Shown: positions 24,130 to 34,440, numbered from the stretch's first letter. The stretch is DNA of 40,865 bases from Octopus bimaculoides (GCF_001194135.2 NC_068998.1:37392811-37433675); one strand, 5' to 3'. Translations and numbers: made by a program. Notes: a model not told the origin generated them from the sequence alone.

Positions 24130-24600
24130 ATATTTTATTTTAACTTATATGATAGCTCTCCACGACAGGAATCAATCCATGTTAGTTATATGCAAAAATA
24201 TTCTGTAGAAAAATGTACTGAGGTAAAAACCGGCGAAAAAAAGATGAAAAGATTAACGCCTGAAATCGACTCCAAATATATTCTTCTTTCAAAAGAAAAC
24301 TATATTTAAATTTAACTTTTCTGAAAGATCTCAACTACAGGAATCTTATGATGTTAATTATATCAAAACGAAAATTTAAAATAAAAAGCTACTGGGGCCA
24401 AATTTGCCGAAAACAGTGGTAATGCTTAAAAGCAAATTCAAAATCTAAACATTTTGTTGTTGTGTAAAAATTGTTTTTTGTTTAGTTCATATGATTGGAC
24501 TCATCAAGACGAGTGTCGTGGTGCTAATCTTTTCAAAGAATATTCAAAATGTAAAAAGTTATTATATAAGCTAAATGTACCAAAATTACGTAAAACAATT
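24130..24600. repeat. AT-rich unclassified segment, possibly a non-autonomous DNA transposon
   Basis: Contains the palindrome-like GACTCATCAAGACGAGT and GAAAGATCTCAA (similar text at about 20903); no termini identified. Confidence 0.25.
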
Positions 24601-24617
24601 TTTAAGTAATATTATTA

Positions 24618-25899
24618 TTGGGTTGTCCGGAAAGTTAGTGTCGATTTATAGTAGCGTACCTTTCGACTTATTTTAGAACATGGTCGAGTTCATAAAATAG
24701 GATTTGACTACACCTTCATTTAGAGCACAGTTTAAGCTATGTTTTCGTGGAAAAGGTTTATGTTTCTATAACCTGTGTTAATTCTGTACCCCTTTAAAAT
24801 GTAAGATAAGAAAGTTCATTTTCGGCACGTGATGCTTTTCTTTTTCCGTAAAGGGAACAATGCCCCACAAGCAACCAAAGAAATATGCGCAGTTTACGGT
24901 GATGTTTCTTTATCCGAAAGAACTGTACGGAAGTGGTTCGCAAGGTTCCGAGCTGGAGATTGTAGCCTTATTGATAAAGAGCGATCAGGCTCTTTATCAC
25001 TACAGATGATGACCAAATCAAGTCATTAATTGAGAATAACCCACATTGCACAACCCGAGAATTGGCAGAAAGCCTCAACCTATCAAAATCCGTCATTCAT
25101 GAGCACCTGGTAAAGAATGGGTACACAAATTGCTACGATGTTTGGGTACCACAGGAGTTGAGTGAGAAGAACCTTTTGGATTGCATCTCCATCTGTGATT
25201 CGCTTTATAAACGGAATGAAAACGCGCCTTTTTTAAAGCAAATTGTGACAGGTGATGAGAAATGGATTATCTACCGAAATGTTCAGAGAAAGCGATCCTA
25301 GAGTAAGCGATATGAGCCACCCTTAGCCACCTCAAAAGCGGGTCTTCACCCTAAAAAAGTCGTGCTTTGTGTATGGGGGGATTGGAAAGGGATTCTGTAC
25401 TATGAGCTTCTCCCAAGTAACCAAACAATTAATTCTGAGAAATACTGCACACAACTGGACGAGTTAAAAGCAGCAATTCAAGAGAAATGTCCAGAATTGG
25501 CCAACAGAAAGGGTGTTGTTTCCAACATGATAATGCAAGACCGCACGTTTTTTGGGGAACCAGACAAAAATTGCTGCAGCTCAGCTGAGATGTGTTACCC
25601 CACCCTCCATATTCACCAGATATTGCTCCTTCGGATTTCCACTTATTCAGGTTTCTGCAGAATATTCTTAATGGTAAAAATTTCAATTCCTTGAATGACG
25701 TAAAAAGATACCTTGATGAATTCTTTGCCATGAAACCACCTCAATTCTGGGAAGAGTGTATTTTCAAGTTAAAGGGAAAGATGGAGACGCATTGTGCAAC
25801 AAAATGGTTCATATTTGGTTGATCAAAAATGTAATGCTAAGTATTTAATGACCTTTTTCTTTCCTTTAAAAATCGGCATGAACTTTCCGGACAACCCAA
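24618..25899 (+). mobile_element. Full-length mariner (DD34D) element, 1282 bp, pseudogenised transposase
   Basis: TA-flanked TIRs TTGGGTTGTCCGGAAAGTTAGTGTCGATTT and AAATCGGCATGAACTTTCCGGACAACCCAA; motifs WVPQEL, IVTGDEKW, HDNARPH and HPPYSPDIAPSDFHLF; ATG-TAA at 24799 plus frameshifts. Confidence 0.96.
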
Positions 25900-25916
25900 T
25901 ACTTATTATAGCTCGA

Positions 25917-26054
25917 AGACGGCGAACTGGCAGAGTCGTTAACAAGTAGGGTGAAAGCTTCACGGCATTTCGCCTGTCTCTGTATTCTGAGTTCAGATTC
26001 CGCCAAGGTCGTCTTTGCTTTTTTTCTTTTCGGTACTCGATAATATGAGTACCG
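25917..26054 (+). mobile_element. SINE family A, 3'-truncated
   Basis: ACGGCGAACTGGCAGAGTCGTTAAC..TTCTGAGTTCAGATTCCGCCAAGGTCG. Confidence 0.8.
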
Positions 26055-26185
26055 TTTTTTTTCTGTTAATGGCATTACAGTTTTGGTGAATCTTGGATCT
26101 TGAGATTATTTCTCCTTCTCATCTGGAGTTGGTGTCAATTAGTGCTGGAAATCGAGAGAATGGAGGAATTTAGCAGCTTTCTATC

Positions 26186-26573
26186 CAGGGGTTCTCAAAC
26201 ATTTTTAAATATAGACCCCTTTGATTCCTATTTTATTCTGATGAACCCCCATAGCTATTCGATGTTTGAAAGCTATTTTTAAAGATACTTCTTTCAAAAT
26301 TCCTGTTTTGTATTTTCATTCATTCACTTGCGTGAGTTTGCAATGGAACTCTCTGAGAGAACATGTTTCAGTGACCAGAAACACGTTGATCCAAATAAAC
26401 GTGAGAGAAAGGAAACTAACTGTTTCTTGCAATAAATACAACCAAAGCAAACTTTTTTCATGAACCCCTGAAATACTACCGTAAATCCCCAATTTTCTAT
26501 TTTGCTTGCCCTGACCCCCAAAAATCTTATATAGACCCCTAGATGTGATATGGACCCCGGTTGAGAAACACTG
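26186..26573. mobile_element. hAT-like (Charlie-type) MITE
   Basis: Terminal inverted repeats CAGGGGTTCTCAA and TTGAGAAACACTG, 388 bp, non-coding; the 8-bp flanks do not match, so the TSD is unconfirmed. Confidence 0.65.
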
Positions 26574-27167
26574 ATTTGCACCTATATTTACTTCAGCTTT
26601 CACACGATGGAACGCTCGTTTCGAACCATAACATCTTTCAAAGATTGAAAGCCATTGTTGTTCTTGTTTCTGGCAGCGGTGGTGGTGCTGATGATGTCTT
26701 TGTTGTTTGTATTATATTTTTTCCTTCAAATAAACTTCGTTTTTGTCTCTTTCGTCGCAAAACCCTATGCTTCATCTTAAAGTTCCGCATGTGTATTTGA
26801 TTTCTTCATTATTCATTTCCTGTTATTAATTTTCTCGTTTTTAAATAACTTGTGAGCATGATTGTTTGCATTATTGAGGCTGTTACCACTATTAATGTGG
26901 CCTATATCTCTATATCTCTTGTTGCTACTTCTGAAGAGGCCATGTTGCAATAAATATGGCAAATGGCTATTTGACAAACTCATGTAAACAGCTAAAAATA
27001 TCTAAAACCAAATATTTCTTCTCCTTCAGTTAATAACGAAGACTCTCGAGCAGTCTTGTCTTCAGTTTTCAGTTAGTAAAAGTGCAACAAGAAATATTTC
27101 TAGATAATTAAAATTCATTCGAAATTTACTTTTTCACAGAGTTATTAAACGTTCATTCACCTTAACT

Positions 27168-27181
27168 GAATAATAATAATG

Positions 27182-27221
<40 letters not shown>

Positions 27222-27230
27222 TAAGAAGAA

Positions 27231-27265
<35 letters not shown>

Positions 27266-27285
27266 AGAAGAAGAACAAGAACAAG

Positions 27286-27342
<57 letters not shown>

Positions 27343-27375
27343 AATAATAATAATAATAACAACAATAATAATAAC
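27168..27375. repeat. Compound microsatellite (AAT)n(AAG)n(AAC)n(AAT)n
   Basis: Direct. Confidence 0.97.
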
Positions 27376-29130
27376 AACCGCAGAAATCTCAACTCTTCAT
27401 GGATTGATTATAAAAAAGCCTTTGACAGCATACCACATTCGTGGATTCTGAAATCGATGGACATTTTCAAAATTTCTCCTGTGATTTCGGATATTTTAAA
27501 GTATAATATGTCACTATGGAACACGAAGCTGCAATTATATCATTCTAATGGAGTATTGCGCTCAAACAATATTAGCATAAACTGTGGCATTTTCCAAGTT
27601 GACTCACTTTCACCACTAATTTTCTGCATAACACTAATACCACTTTCGTATGTGTATTTCGTGTGCAAGATTCTTGATGTGGATACTAATACCACTCTCA
27701 AGTTAACTGAATAGAACAGGGTATGGCTACAAAATTGACAACAGGAAAATAAGCNNNNNNNNNNTAATAAGGTGTTAGCCATAAATTCCTTAGCAGTCCC
27801 AGTTGTTCTTTATACTTTCAATATGCTTAACTGGAATACCAGTGAAATAATCAAAATTGATAGAAAAATCCGCCAGCTACTGACTTGTAATAAGATGCAC
27901 CATCCAAAGGCAGACGTGGATCGTCTTTACCTTCCTAGAGCTCAGGGAGGTCGAGGCTCGATCCAGCTTGAGCTTACGTCAAAAACCACCACAATCGGAC
28001 TGGCCAAATACCTTGAAACAACCAGCGATTCGATGCTGAAACTTGTTGAAAAACAAGAGAGCAAAAAATTTACTACTGATCTCTTAGATACCCACCAGCT
28101 TGATCAGGTTGAAAGAAATGCGCCAACTGCTGTTTCAAAGAAAATAAAATTAATTGCAAAGACAAAACCACATGAAAAATTAGCTAGCAGATGGGAGCAG
28201 AAACTTCTGCATGGCAAGTATGTGGCTCGTAGCAAACAAGCTGATGTCGACCAGAAACACACTCATCAATGGTTACGAAGCTCAGGGCTAAAAGCAGAGA
28301 GTGAAGGTTTCATATTAGCTGCTCAAGACCAAAGCTTATTAACCCGGAACTACCAAGCCAATGTAATAAAAAATGGAGCTAACCCAAAATGCCGATTCTG
28401 TAACGATGCGATTGAAACTGTAGACCACTTAATCTCAGGGTGTAGAGTCTTAGCACCTGTAGCATATAAAGCAAGACATGACAGAGTCGGCCAGTATTTA
28501 CACTGGACAATATGTCAGCATTATAAAATCAAAACCGCTGACAAATGGTATAAACACCATCCTGAAGCTGTGACTGAGGGAGAAAATGTATCGATTCTCT
28601 GGGACTTCCCCATACATACCGACAAAACTATAAAAGCTAATAAACCGGATATTATTATAAAAGATCAGACAAAAAAGAAGTGTTTATTAATTGACATGAG
28701 CATTCCCTGCGATCATAATATAGCGGCGAAAGAACTTGACAAGATCAGTAAATATAAAGACTTGCTAATAGAAATTGAAAAAATGTGGCACCTCAAGGCG
28801 ACTACCGTACCAGTGATTGTAGGATCTCTAGGAATGATAAAAAAAGGCACTGAAACCTATTTGAAAATGATACCAGGCTTACCCTCCCTACAGGAAGTGC
28901 AAAAAATCGTGTTAACTGGAACGACTCATGTACTGAGAAGAGCATTATCCCTGTGAAAACAACATCCATTCATGAATTTATTTATTTATTAATTTTTTTT
29001 AATACATATTTTACCTGTGAATTTGCTTGTGTAAACTGGGAATGCATACAATGAATTTCTTTGCCCTAGGTGTACGGAAAACACTCGGCGAGAAATGGAA
29101 GAAAATTTGAAGAAAGAAAAAAAAACAACA
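27376..29130 (+). mobile_element. 5'-truncated R4/Dong-type RLE non-LTR retrotransposon
   Basis: Starts in RT domain 3 (RRNLNSSWIDYKKAFDSIPHSW), then GIFQVDSLSPL and LNRTGYGY, an N gap, the C-terminal ORF, a 3' UTR and TAATAATAAT; bounded by (AAT)n. Confidence 0.93.
27772..28956 (+). CDS. C-terminal part of R4/Dong-type polyprotein (thumb/linker, CCHC knuckle, restriction-like endonuclease)
   Basis: 394 open codons: HPKADVDRLYLPR..GGRG, GKY, LAAQDQ, CRFCNDAIETVDHLISGC, RHDRV, WD..KPDIIIKD..LIDMSIP..KISKY. The listed start is not the real start; the frame is open from the gap. Confidence 0.93.
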   Translation: MLAINSLAVPVVLYTFNMLNWNTSEIIKIDRKIRQLLTCNKMHHPKADVDRLYLPRAQGGRGSIQLELTSKTTTIGLAKYLETTSDSMLKLVEKQESKKFTTDLLDTHQLDQVERNAPTAVSKKIKLIAKTKPHEKLASRWEQKLLHGKYVARSKQADVDQKHTHQWLRSSGLKAESEGFILAAQDQSLLTRNYQANVIKNGANPKCRFCNDAIETVDHLISGCRVLAPVAYKARHDRVGQYLHWTICQHYKIKTADKWYKHHPEAVTEGENVSILWDFPIHTDKTIKANKPDIIIKDQTKKKCLLIDMSIPCDHNIAAKELDKISKYKDLLIEIEKMWHLKATTVPVIVGSLGMIKKGTETYLKMIPGLPSLQEVQKIVLTGTTHVLRRALSL

Positions 29131-29140
29131 TAATAATAAT

Positions 29141-29656
29141 TGGTAGGTCTTGACAGACCTACCAAAAACTGATAGAGACCTTGAAATAGAAATTGGCAAA
29201 ATGTGGAACCTCGAGGTTAAAACAATACCTGTTGTCATCGGAGCCCGAGGAATGATAGCAAAAAGGGCTGATTGCTACCTATCTCAGATACCAGGAAATC
29301 CCCAAATGGAAGTAATTTAAAAATAGTGCTCATGGGAAATGCTCATATTCTAAGAAAAATACTGTCTGTGTAATCCTCAAGACATTTTTGTCTGTAAACA
29401 TTGTCAAAAGTACTTTTAGATGTATATAACAGTAAACATCTTTTACTGTCGTCTTAACATCATTATCATCTTATTGTCAAACTTCTTTTAAAACTTCCAA
29501 TTTTTTTTATGTTTTGACAGACAATACTTTGTGCAAAACTAAAAAATATGGCACCCTAGTCATAACACCAACTTGAACTTCCAGCTTGTTGTCTCTTGAG
29601 GTTTCTAGGCGAGACTTGGAGTCAATTTGTACAGATACAAATCAAAAGCCTAACAT
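29141..29656 (+). mobile_element. Second R4/Dong-type 3' fragment (different subfamily) with 3' UTR
   Basis: DLEIEIGKMWNLEVKTIPVVIGARGMIAKG..IPG..IVLMGNAHILRKILSV*; the UTR differs from that of the preceding element; runs into (AAC)n(AAT)n. Confidence 0.87.
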
Positions 29657-29682
29657 ATAACAATAACAATAGCAGCAGCAGC

Positions 29683-29777
<95 letters not shown>
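29657..29777. repeat. (AGC)n(AAC)n(AAT)n compound microsatellite
   Basis: Direct. Confidence 0.96.
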
Positions 29778-29870
29778 GGGGGAGGGGTAGACTTTTTATT
29801 AACATCAAGAGATTTATAAAACGAGATGTAGGATCTTGCAGCATAATACCATTGTCTCTGATGTGATTGT

Positions 29871-29942
29871 GGAGGCGCAATGGCCCAGAAGTTAGGGCAG
29901 CGGACTCGCGGTCGTAGGATCGCGGTTTCGATTCCCAGACCG
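29871..29942 (+). mobile_element. SINE family B head running into a gap
   Basis: GGAGGCGCAATGGCCCAG..GTTTCGATTCCCAGACCG. Confidence 0.88.
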
Positions 29943-30359
29943 NNNNNNNNNNNNNNNNNNNNNNNNNNNNNNNNNNNNNNNNNNNNNNNNNNNNNNNNNN
30001 NNNNNNNNNNNNNNNNNNNNNNNNNNNNNNNNNNNNNNNNNNNNNNNNNNNNNNNNNNNNNNNNNNNNNNNNNNNNNNNNNNNNNNNNNNNNNNNNNNNN
30101 NNNNNNNNNNNNNNNNNNNNNNNNNNNNNNNNNNNNNNNNNNNNNNNNNNNNNNNNNNNNNNNNNNNNNNNNNNNNNNNNNNNNNNNNNNNNNNNNNNNN
30201 NNNNNNNNNNNNNNNNNNNNNNNNNNNNNNNNNNNNNNNNNNNNNNNNNNNNNNNNNNNNNNNNNNNNNNNNNNNNNNNNNNNNNNNNNNNNNNNNNNNN
30301 NNNNNNNNNNNNNNNNNNNNNNNNNNNNNNNNNNNNNNNNNNNNNNNNNNNNNNNNNNN

Positions 30360-30590
30360 GTAAAGAGTAAAATAACAAAACAGAAAACAAAGAAGTAAAA
30401 TTTCAAACAACAAAATCCCCCTACAGGAATGGAGAAGACTTTCAAAGGCTTCTCGTGCAAAATTCACAAAACCATAGTCACCCTGACCGCTATAGGGTAA
30501 GTGCTCTATCTTCTTCCTTCATGAATATATACAGGCGCCTGCTTAGAACAGTTCCCTTCACATTCCTTGCCACATTCACTCTCCTGGTAT
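30360..30590 (-). mobile_element. Tx1/L1-type LINE 3' fragment
   Basis: Minus strand VNVARNVKGTVLSRRL and a following UTR resemble the 17612-18090 copy. Confidence 0.55.
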
Positions 30591-30686
30591 TATTTTTTTT
30601 TTTTTTTCATTATTATCTCTTTATCAGGGGTTTTATTGGAGCTCATAGAGTCTTGCATGCGTAGCGGTCGTACTACCTGCAGCCTA

Positions 30687-30900
30687 AGGCGGCGAGATCG
30701 TAGAAACATTAGCATGCTTAGCAAGATGCTTAGCGGTGTTTCGTCTGCTGCTACGTTCTGAGTTCAAATTCCGCCGAGGTCGGCTTTGCGTTTCATCCTT
30801 TCGGGGTCAATAAATTAAGTACCAATTTCGTACTGGGGTCAATCTACTCGACTGGCGACCTCTCCAAAATGTCAGGCCTTGTGCCTATAGTAGAAAGGAA
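30687..30900 (+). mobile_element. SINE family A, full length, with (ATT)n tail (30902-30970)
   Basis: AGGCGGCGAG..GAGTTCAAATTCCGCCGAGGTCGGCTTTGCGTTTCATCCTTTCGGGGTCAATAAATTAAGTACC..GGCCTTGTGCCTATAGTAGAAAGGA. Confidence 0.92.
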
Positions 30901-30957
<57 letters not shown>

Positions 30958-30970
30958 CATTATTATTATT

Positions 30971-31502
30971 GAGTGAGAGAGCAGTGCATGCCATCAAAGT
31001 TATAGTGGTATAAAGACAAGCGAAGTCTGATAAGGGTACACCAGGTACATGCATCACAACCATATGTGCGCGAAATAGTGATCTTATATCAAGATAAATA
31101 GCGCATGACCTTGCAGATGTGGCCCAGTTACAATTTTCTTCAGGTCGAGTAGCCTATCTCGCTCAAAAGGTCCCTGAATAAGGGTTGTTTAAGGATATTG
31201 AACGAAACACCCATGTTTCCAATACAGAATTATCCAAACCCCAAATAATTTCTCTCAACACATGGCTATGATGCTCCCCCACTACTTCTGCTCATGATCA
31301 GAGATGTACATAGCGTCAGCCAGTAAGGGATATGCTCAACTGGTTAAGGTCAAACAACTGACAAGCAAATCTGCGGTATTGAGCAGAATATTTGCTGTAG
31401 CCCATCTTTTATACCAAGACAAAACAATGTACATGATGAACACTTCCAATCAGTTAAGATCCGAAGCCATAAGACCCACTACTGGGTACTGCATCAGGAC
31501 AT

Positions 31503-31504
<2 letters not shown>
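30971..31504. mobile_element. Family D element, longest copy (~530 bp), (ATT)n on both sides
   Basis: Homologous to 12585-12950 and 13880-14217; no ORF, no tRNA head. Confidence 0.9.

Positions 31505-31588
<84 letters not shown>
31505..31588. repeat. (ATT)n microsatellite
   Basis: Direct. Confidence 0.97.
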
Positions 31589-31589
<1 letters not shown>

Positions 31590-31714
31590 TGAAGTGCATG
31601 AACAAGTGTTCCGCTCCTGAAACTATATGTCATCACTCTAAAACCTTAATGAACACACTCAGACACGCACATAGACACACACAAACACACGCATACACGC
31701 ACAAACACACAGAG

Positions 31715-31761
<47 letters not shown>

Positions 31762-31828
31762 TACACACATTTACCCTCACACACTCTCTCTCACGCACAA
31801 CACACACAGAAAGTTTAATGCAGCATAA

Positions 31829-32390
31829 AAGGCAACCTAAAAGAACTGCAGATCAATGTAAAGAACTGGAAAGAACTAGCTTTGGATAAAGCTGAGAGAA
31901 GAAAGCGTATAAGAAAAGGTTGTAAAATTTATGAAGAGGGTCGCCTTGAGCACGAAATCTTAAAGCGTTGGTTTCGTATGGGTTGTCATCAGAACATTAA
32001 TGAGAACCTAAAGTGTTGGAATGGTAAAACTTGTGGTCATGTACTCCTTTCCAAGGCTGGGCATGTCAACCATCGTAAGTCCCATAAAAAATCAACTGTA
32101 TGCAATGCTCCTCTTCTGAGACTGTGATTCGACGTTTGTAGTGTGTGAAAGGATCTACAGGTCGATCTCGAGTGTGAAGCGAGATAGAGCTTTGCACGGG
32201 GATAATATCTCAGAAAGTGAGCAGTTGAGTTCAGTAAAAGTTACAACTTTTACTCACCTGTCAGCTATACATCAAAGCATGCAAATATGCAACAGGACGG
32301 AACAGTGATCTGAGAGGTCGTAGACGGAATATGAGAAATGCCATTGACCGAAGAAGCTCAGTGAGGCGACAATTATGTGTGAAGATGCAG
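31829..32390 (+). mobile_element. RTE-clade LINE 3' end
   Basis: GNLKELQINVKNWKELALDKAERRKRIRKGCKIYEEGR matches the RTE pattern WE.LA.DR..WR..I..G...FE; followed by KTCGHVLLSKAGHVNHRKSH (C2H2-like). Confidence 0.8.
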
Positions 32391-33204
32391 CAATATATAT
32401 ATANNNNNNNNNNNNNNNNNNNNNNNNNNNNNNNNNNNNNNNNNNNNNNNNNNNNNNNNNNNNNNNNNNNNNNNNNNNNNNNNNNNNNNNNNNNNNNNNN
32501 NNNNNNNNNNNNNNNNNNNNNNNNNNNNNNNNNNNNNNNNNNNNNNNNNNNNNNNNNNNNNNNNNNNNNNNNNNNNNNNNNNNNNNNNNNNNNNNNNNNN
32601 NNNNNNNNNNNNNNNNNNNNNNNNNNNNNNNNNNNNNNNNNNNNNNNNNNNNNNNNNNNNNNNNNNNNNNNNNNNNNNNNNNNNNNNNNNNNNNNNNNNN
32701 NNNNNNNNNNNNNNNNNNNNNNNNNNNNNNNNNNNNNNNNNNNNNNNNNNNNNNNNNNNNNNNNNNNNNNNNNNNNNNNNNNNNNNNNNNNNNNNNNNNN
32801 NNNNNNNNNNNNNNNNNNNNNNNNNNNNNNNNNNNNNNNNNNNNNNNNNNNNNNNNNNNNNNNNNNNNNNNNNNNNNNNNNNNNNNNNNNNNNNNNNNNN
32901 NNNNNNNNNNNNNNNNNNNNNNNNNNNNNNNNNNNNNNNNNNNNNNNNNNNNNNNNNNNNNNNNNNNNNNNNNNNNNNNNNNNNNNNNNNNNNNNNNNNN
33001 NNNNNNNNNNNNNNNNNNNNNNNNNNNNNNNNNNNNNNNNNNNNNNNNNNNNNNNNNNNNNNNNNNNNNNNNNNNNNNNNNNNNNNNNNNNNNNNNNNNN
33101 NNNNNNNNNNNNNNNNNNNNNNNNNNNNNNNNNNNNNNNNNNNNNNNNNNNNNNNNNNNNNNNNNNNNNNNNNNNNNNNNNNNNNNNNNNNNNNNNNNNN
33201 NNNN

Positions 33205-33274
<70 letters not shown>

Positions 33275-33485
33275 TGTCCATGTATTTATAAAACATTTAT
33301 ATATCTAAGCCTTATTGGATTTTCCAGAATATATCACATATACAGTTCACAGCCGTGAGTTCAATTCCAACCGCAGTCTATATTGTCATTCATGCTGTCG
33401 AGGTCCATACATTTACAAATACCACTATCGATGAAGATCGTCAACATATCGGCTGAATTGTTAGTAAATATTAGAATTTCTTATA

Positions 33486-33680
33486 TTCTTTTATTTGTTT
33501 CTGTCATTTGACTGTGGTCATGCTGGAGCACCACATTAAACGAACGAATCGACCTGGGACATATTCTTTGTAAGGCTAGTACTTTATTATATTGGCCTTT
33601 TTTGCCGAACTATTAAGTTACAGGGACGAAGACATGATTGTCTAGCGATGGTGTGGGGACAAACAGACACACACAAACAT
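33486..33680 (-). mobile_element. SINE family C 3' half
   Basis: CTGTCATTTGACTGTGGTCATGCTGGAGCACC..TTTTGCCGAACTATTAAGTTAC..GCGATGGTGTGGGGACAAAC. Confidence 0.85.
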
Positions 33681-33708
33681 ATACACATATACATACATAC
33701 ATACATAT

Positions 33709-33741
<33 letters not shown>

Positions 33742-33770
33742 TCTCCGTGTTTTTTTCCTTGTCTCCGTAT

Positions 33771-33807
33771 TCTTTCTGTTGAAGAGCGTAGCTCGAAACG
33801 TCAAAGA
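33771..33807 (+). ncRNA. Minimal type-I hammerhead ribozyme-like motif (probably Penelope-like-element associated)
   Basis: Stem I TCTTT(33771-75)/AAAGA(33803-07); core CTGTTGA (A6U variant); stem II GAGC-gta-GCTC; GAAA; palindromic ACGT minimal stem III; GUC cleavage triplet ending at C33802. Confidence 0.6.
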
Positions 33808-34052
33808 CTTTCCGTATTCCCGAGCGTCATACTAATACATCCTTTTGTTATTTACACCACCTGTCCTCGTCTGTTGTTGTTTTTTCGTACATTCTCCCAT
33901 ATATNNNNNNNNNNNNNNNNNNNNNNNNNNNNNNNNNNNNNNNNNNNNNNNNNNNNNNNNNNNNNNNNNNNNNNNNNNNNNNNNNNNNNNNNNNNNNNNN
34001 NNNNNNNNNNNNNNNNNNNNNNNNNNNNNNNNNNNNNNNNNNNNNNNNNNNN

Positions 34053-34094
<42 letters not shown>

Positions 34095-34440
34095 GACGCG
34101 CTTCTTTATATATAATATTTTAATAATGGTAAATAATTTTTGTTTCTTAAGAATACATGCTATTATGGAATAAAGCGTGAATATAACTATATATCTATGT
34201 CATTATCACCTTGTTTTATTTTTCCATCATATAATTTTTGCTTCAACTCATCATCTCACTACAGACTGCACAAAAGTGTAGAAATTTAATGAATTTAGTG
34301 TCGATTACGCAGTAACCTCCCTTAGCAGATAAGGGAAATAATTCCACATTTGTTTTCAGAGTTACATTTCTTGCATCATGTGCTATTTTTTTTTTTTTAC
34401 TGTAATTCTGAACGAATGCCTCTCTTAATAGAATTAATCA

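Noticed and set aside
31210-31325. CTGACGA...GAAAC hammerhead reading within family D (minus strand)
   Set aside because: About 95 nt separate the core halves, the stem II closing pair is non-canonical, and stem I is mostly wobble pairs.
32331-33358. Long ORFs rich in X (also at 20944, 29642-30467, 33845 and 39458-40380)
   Set aside because: They are open only because they cross N gaps.
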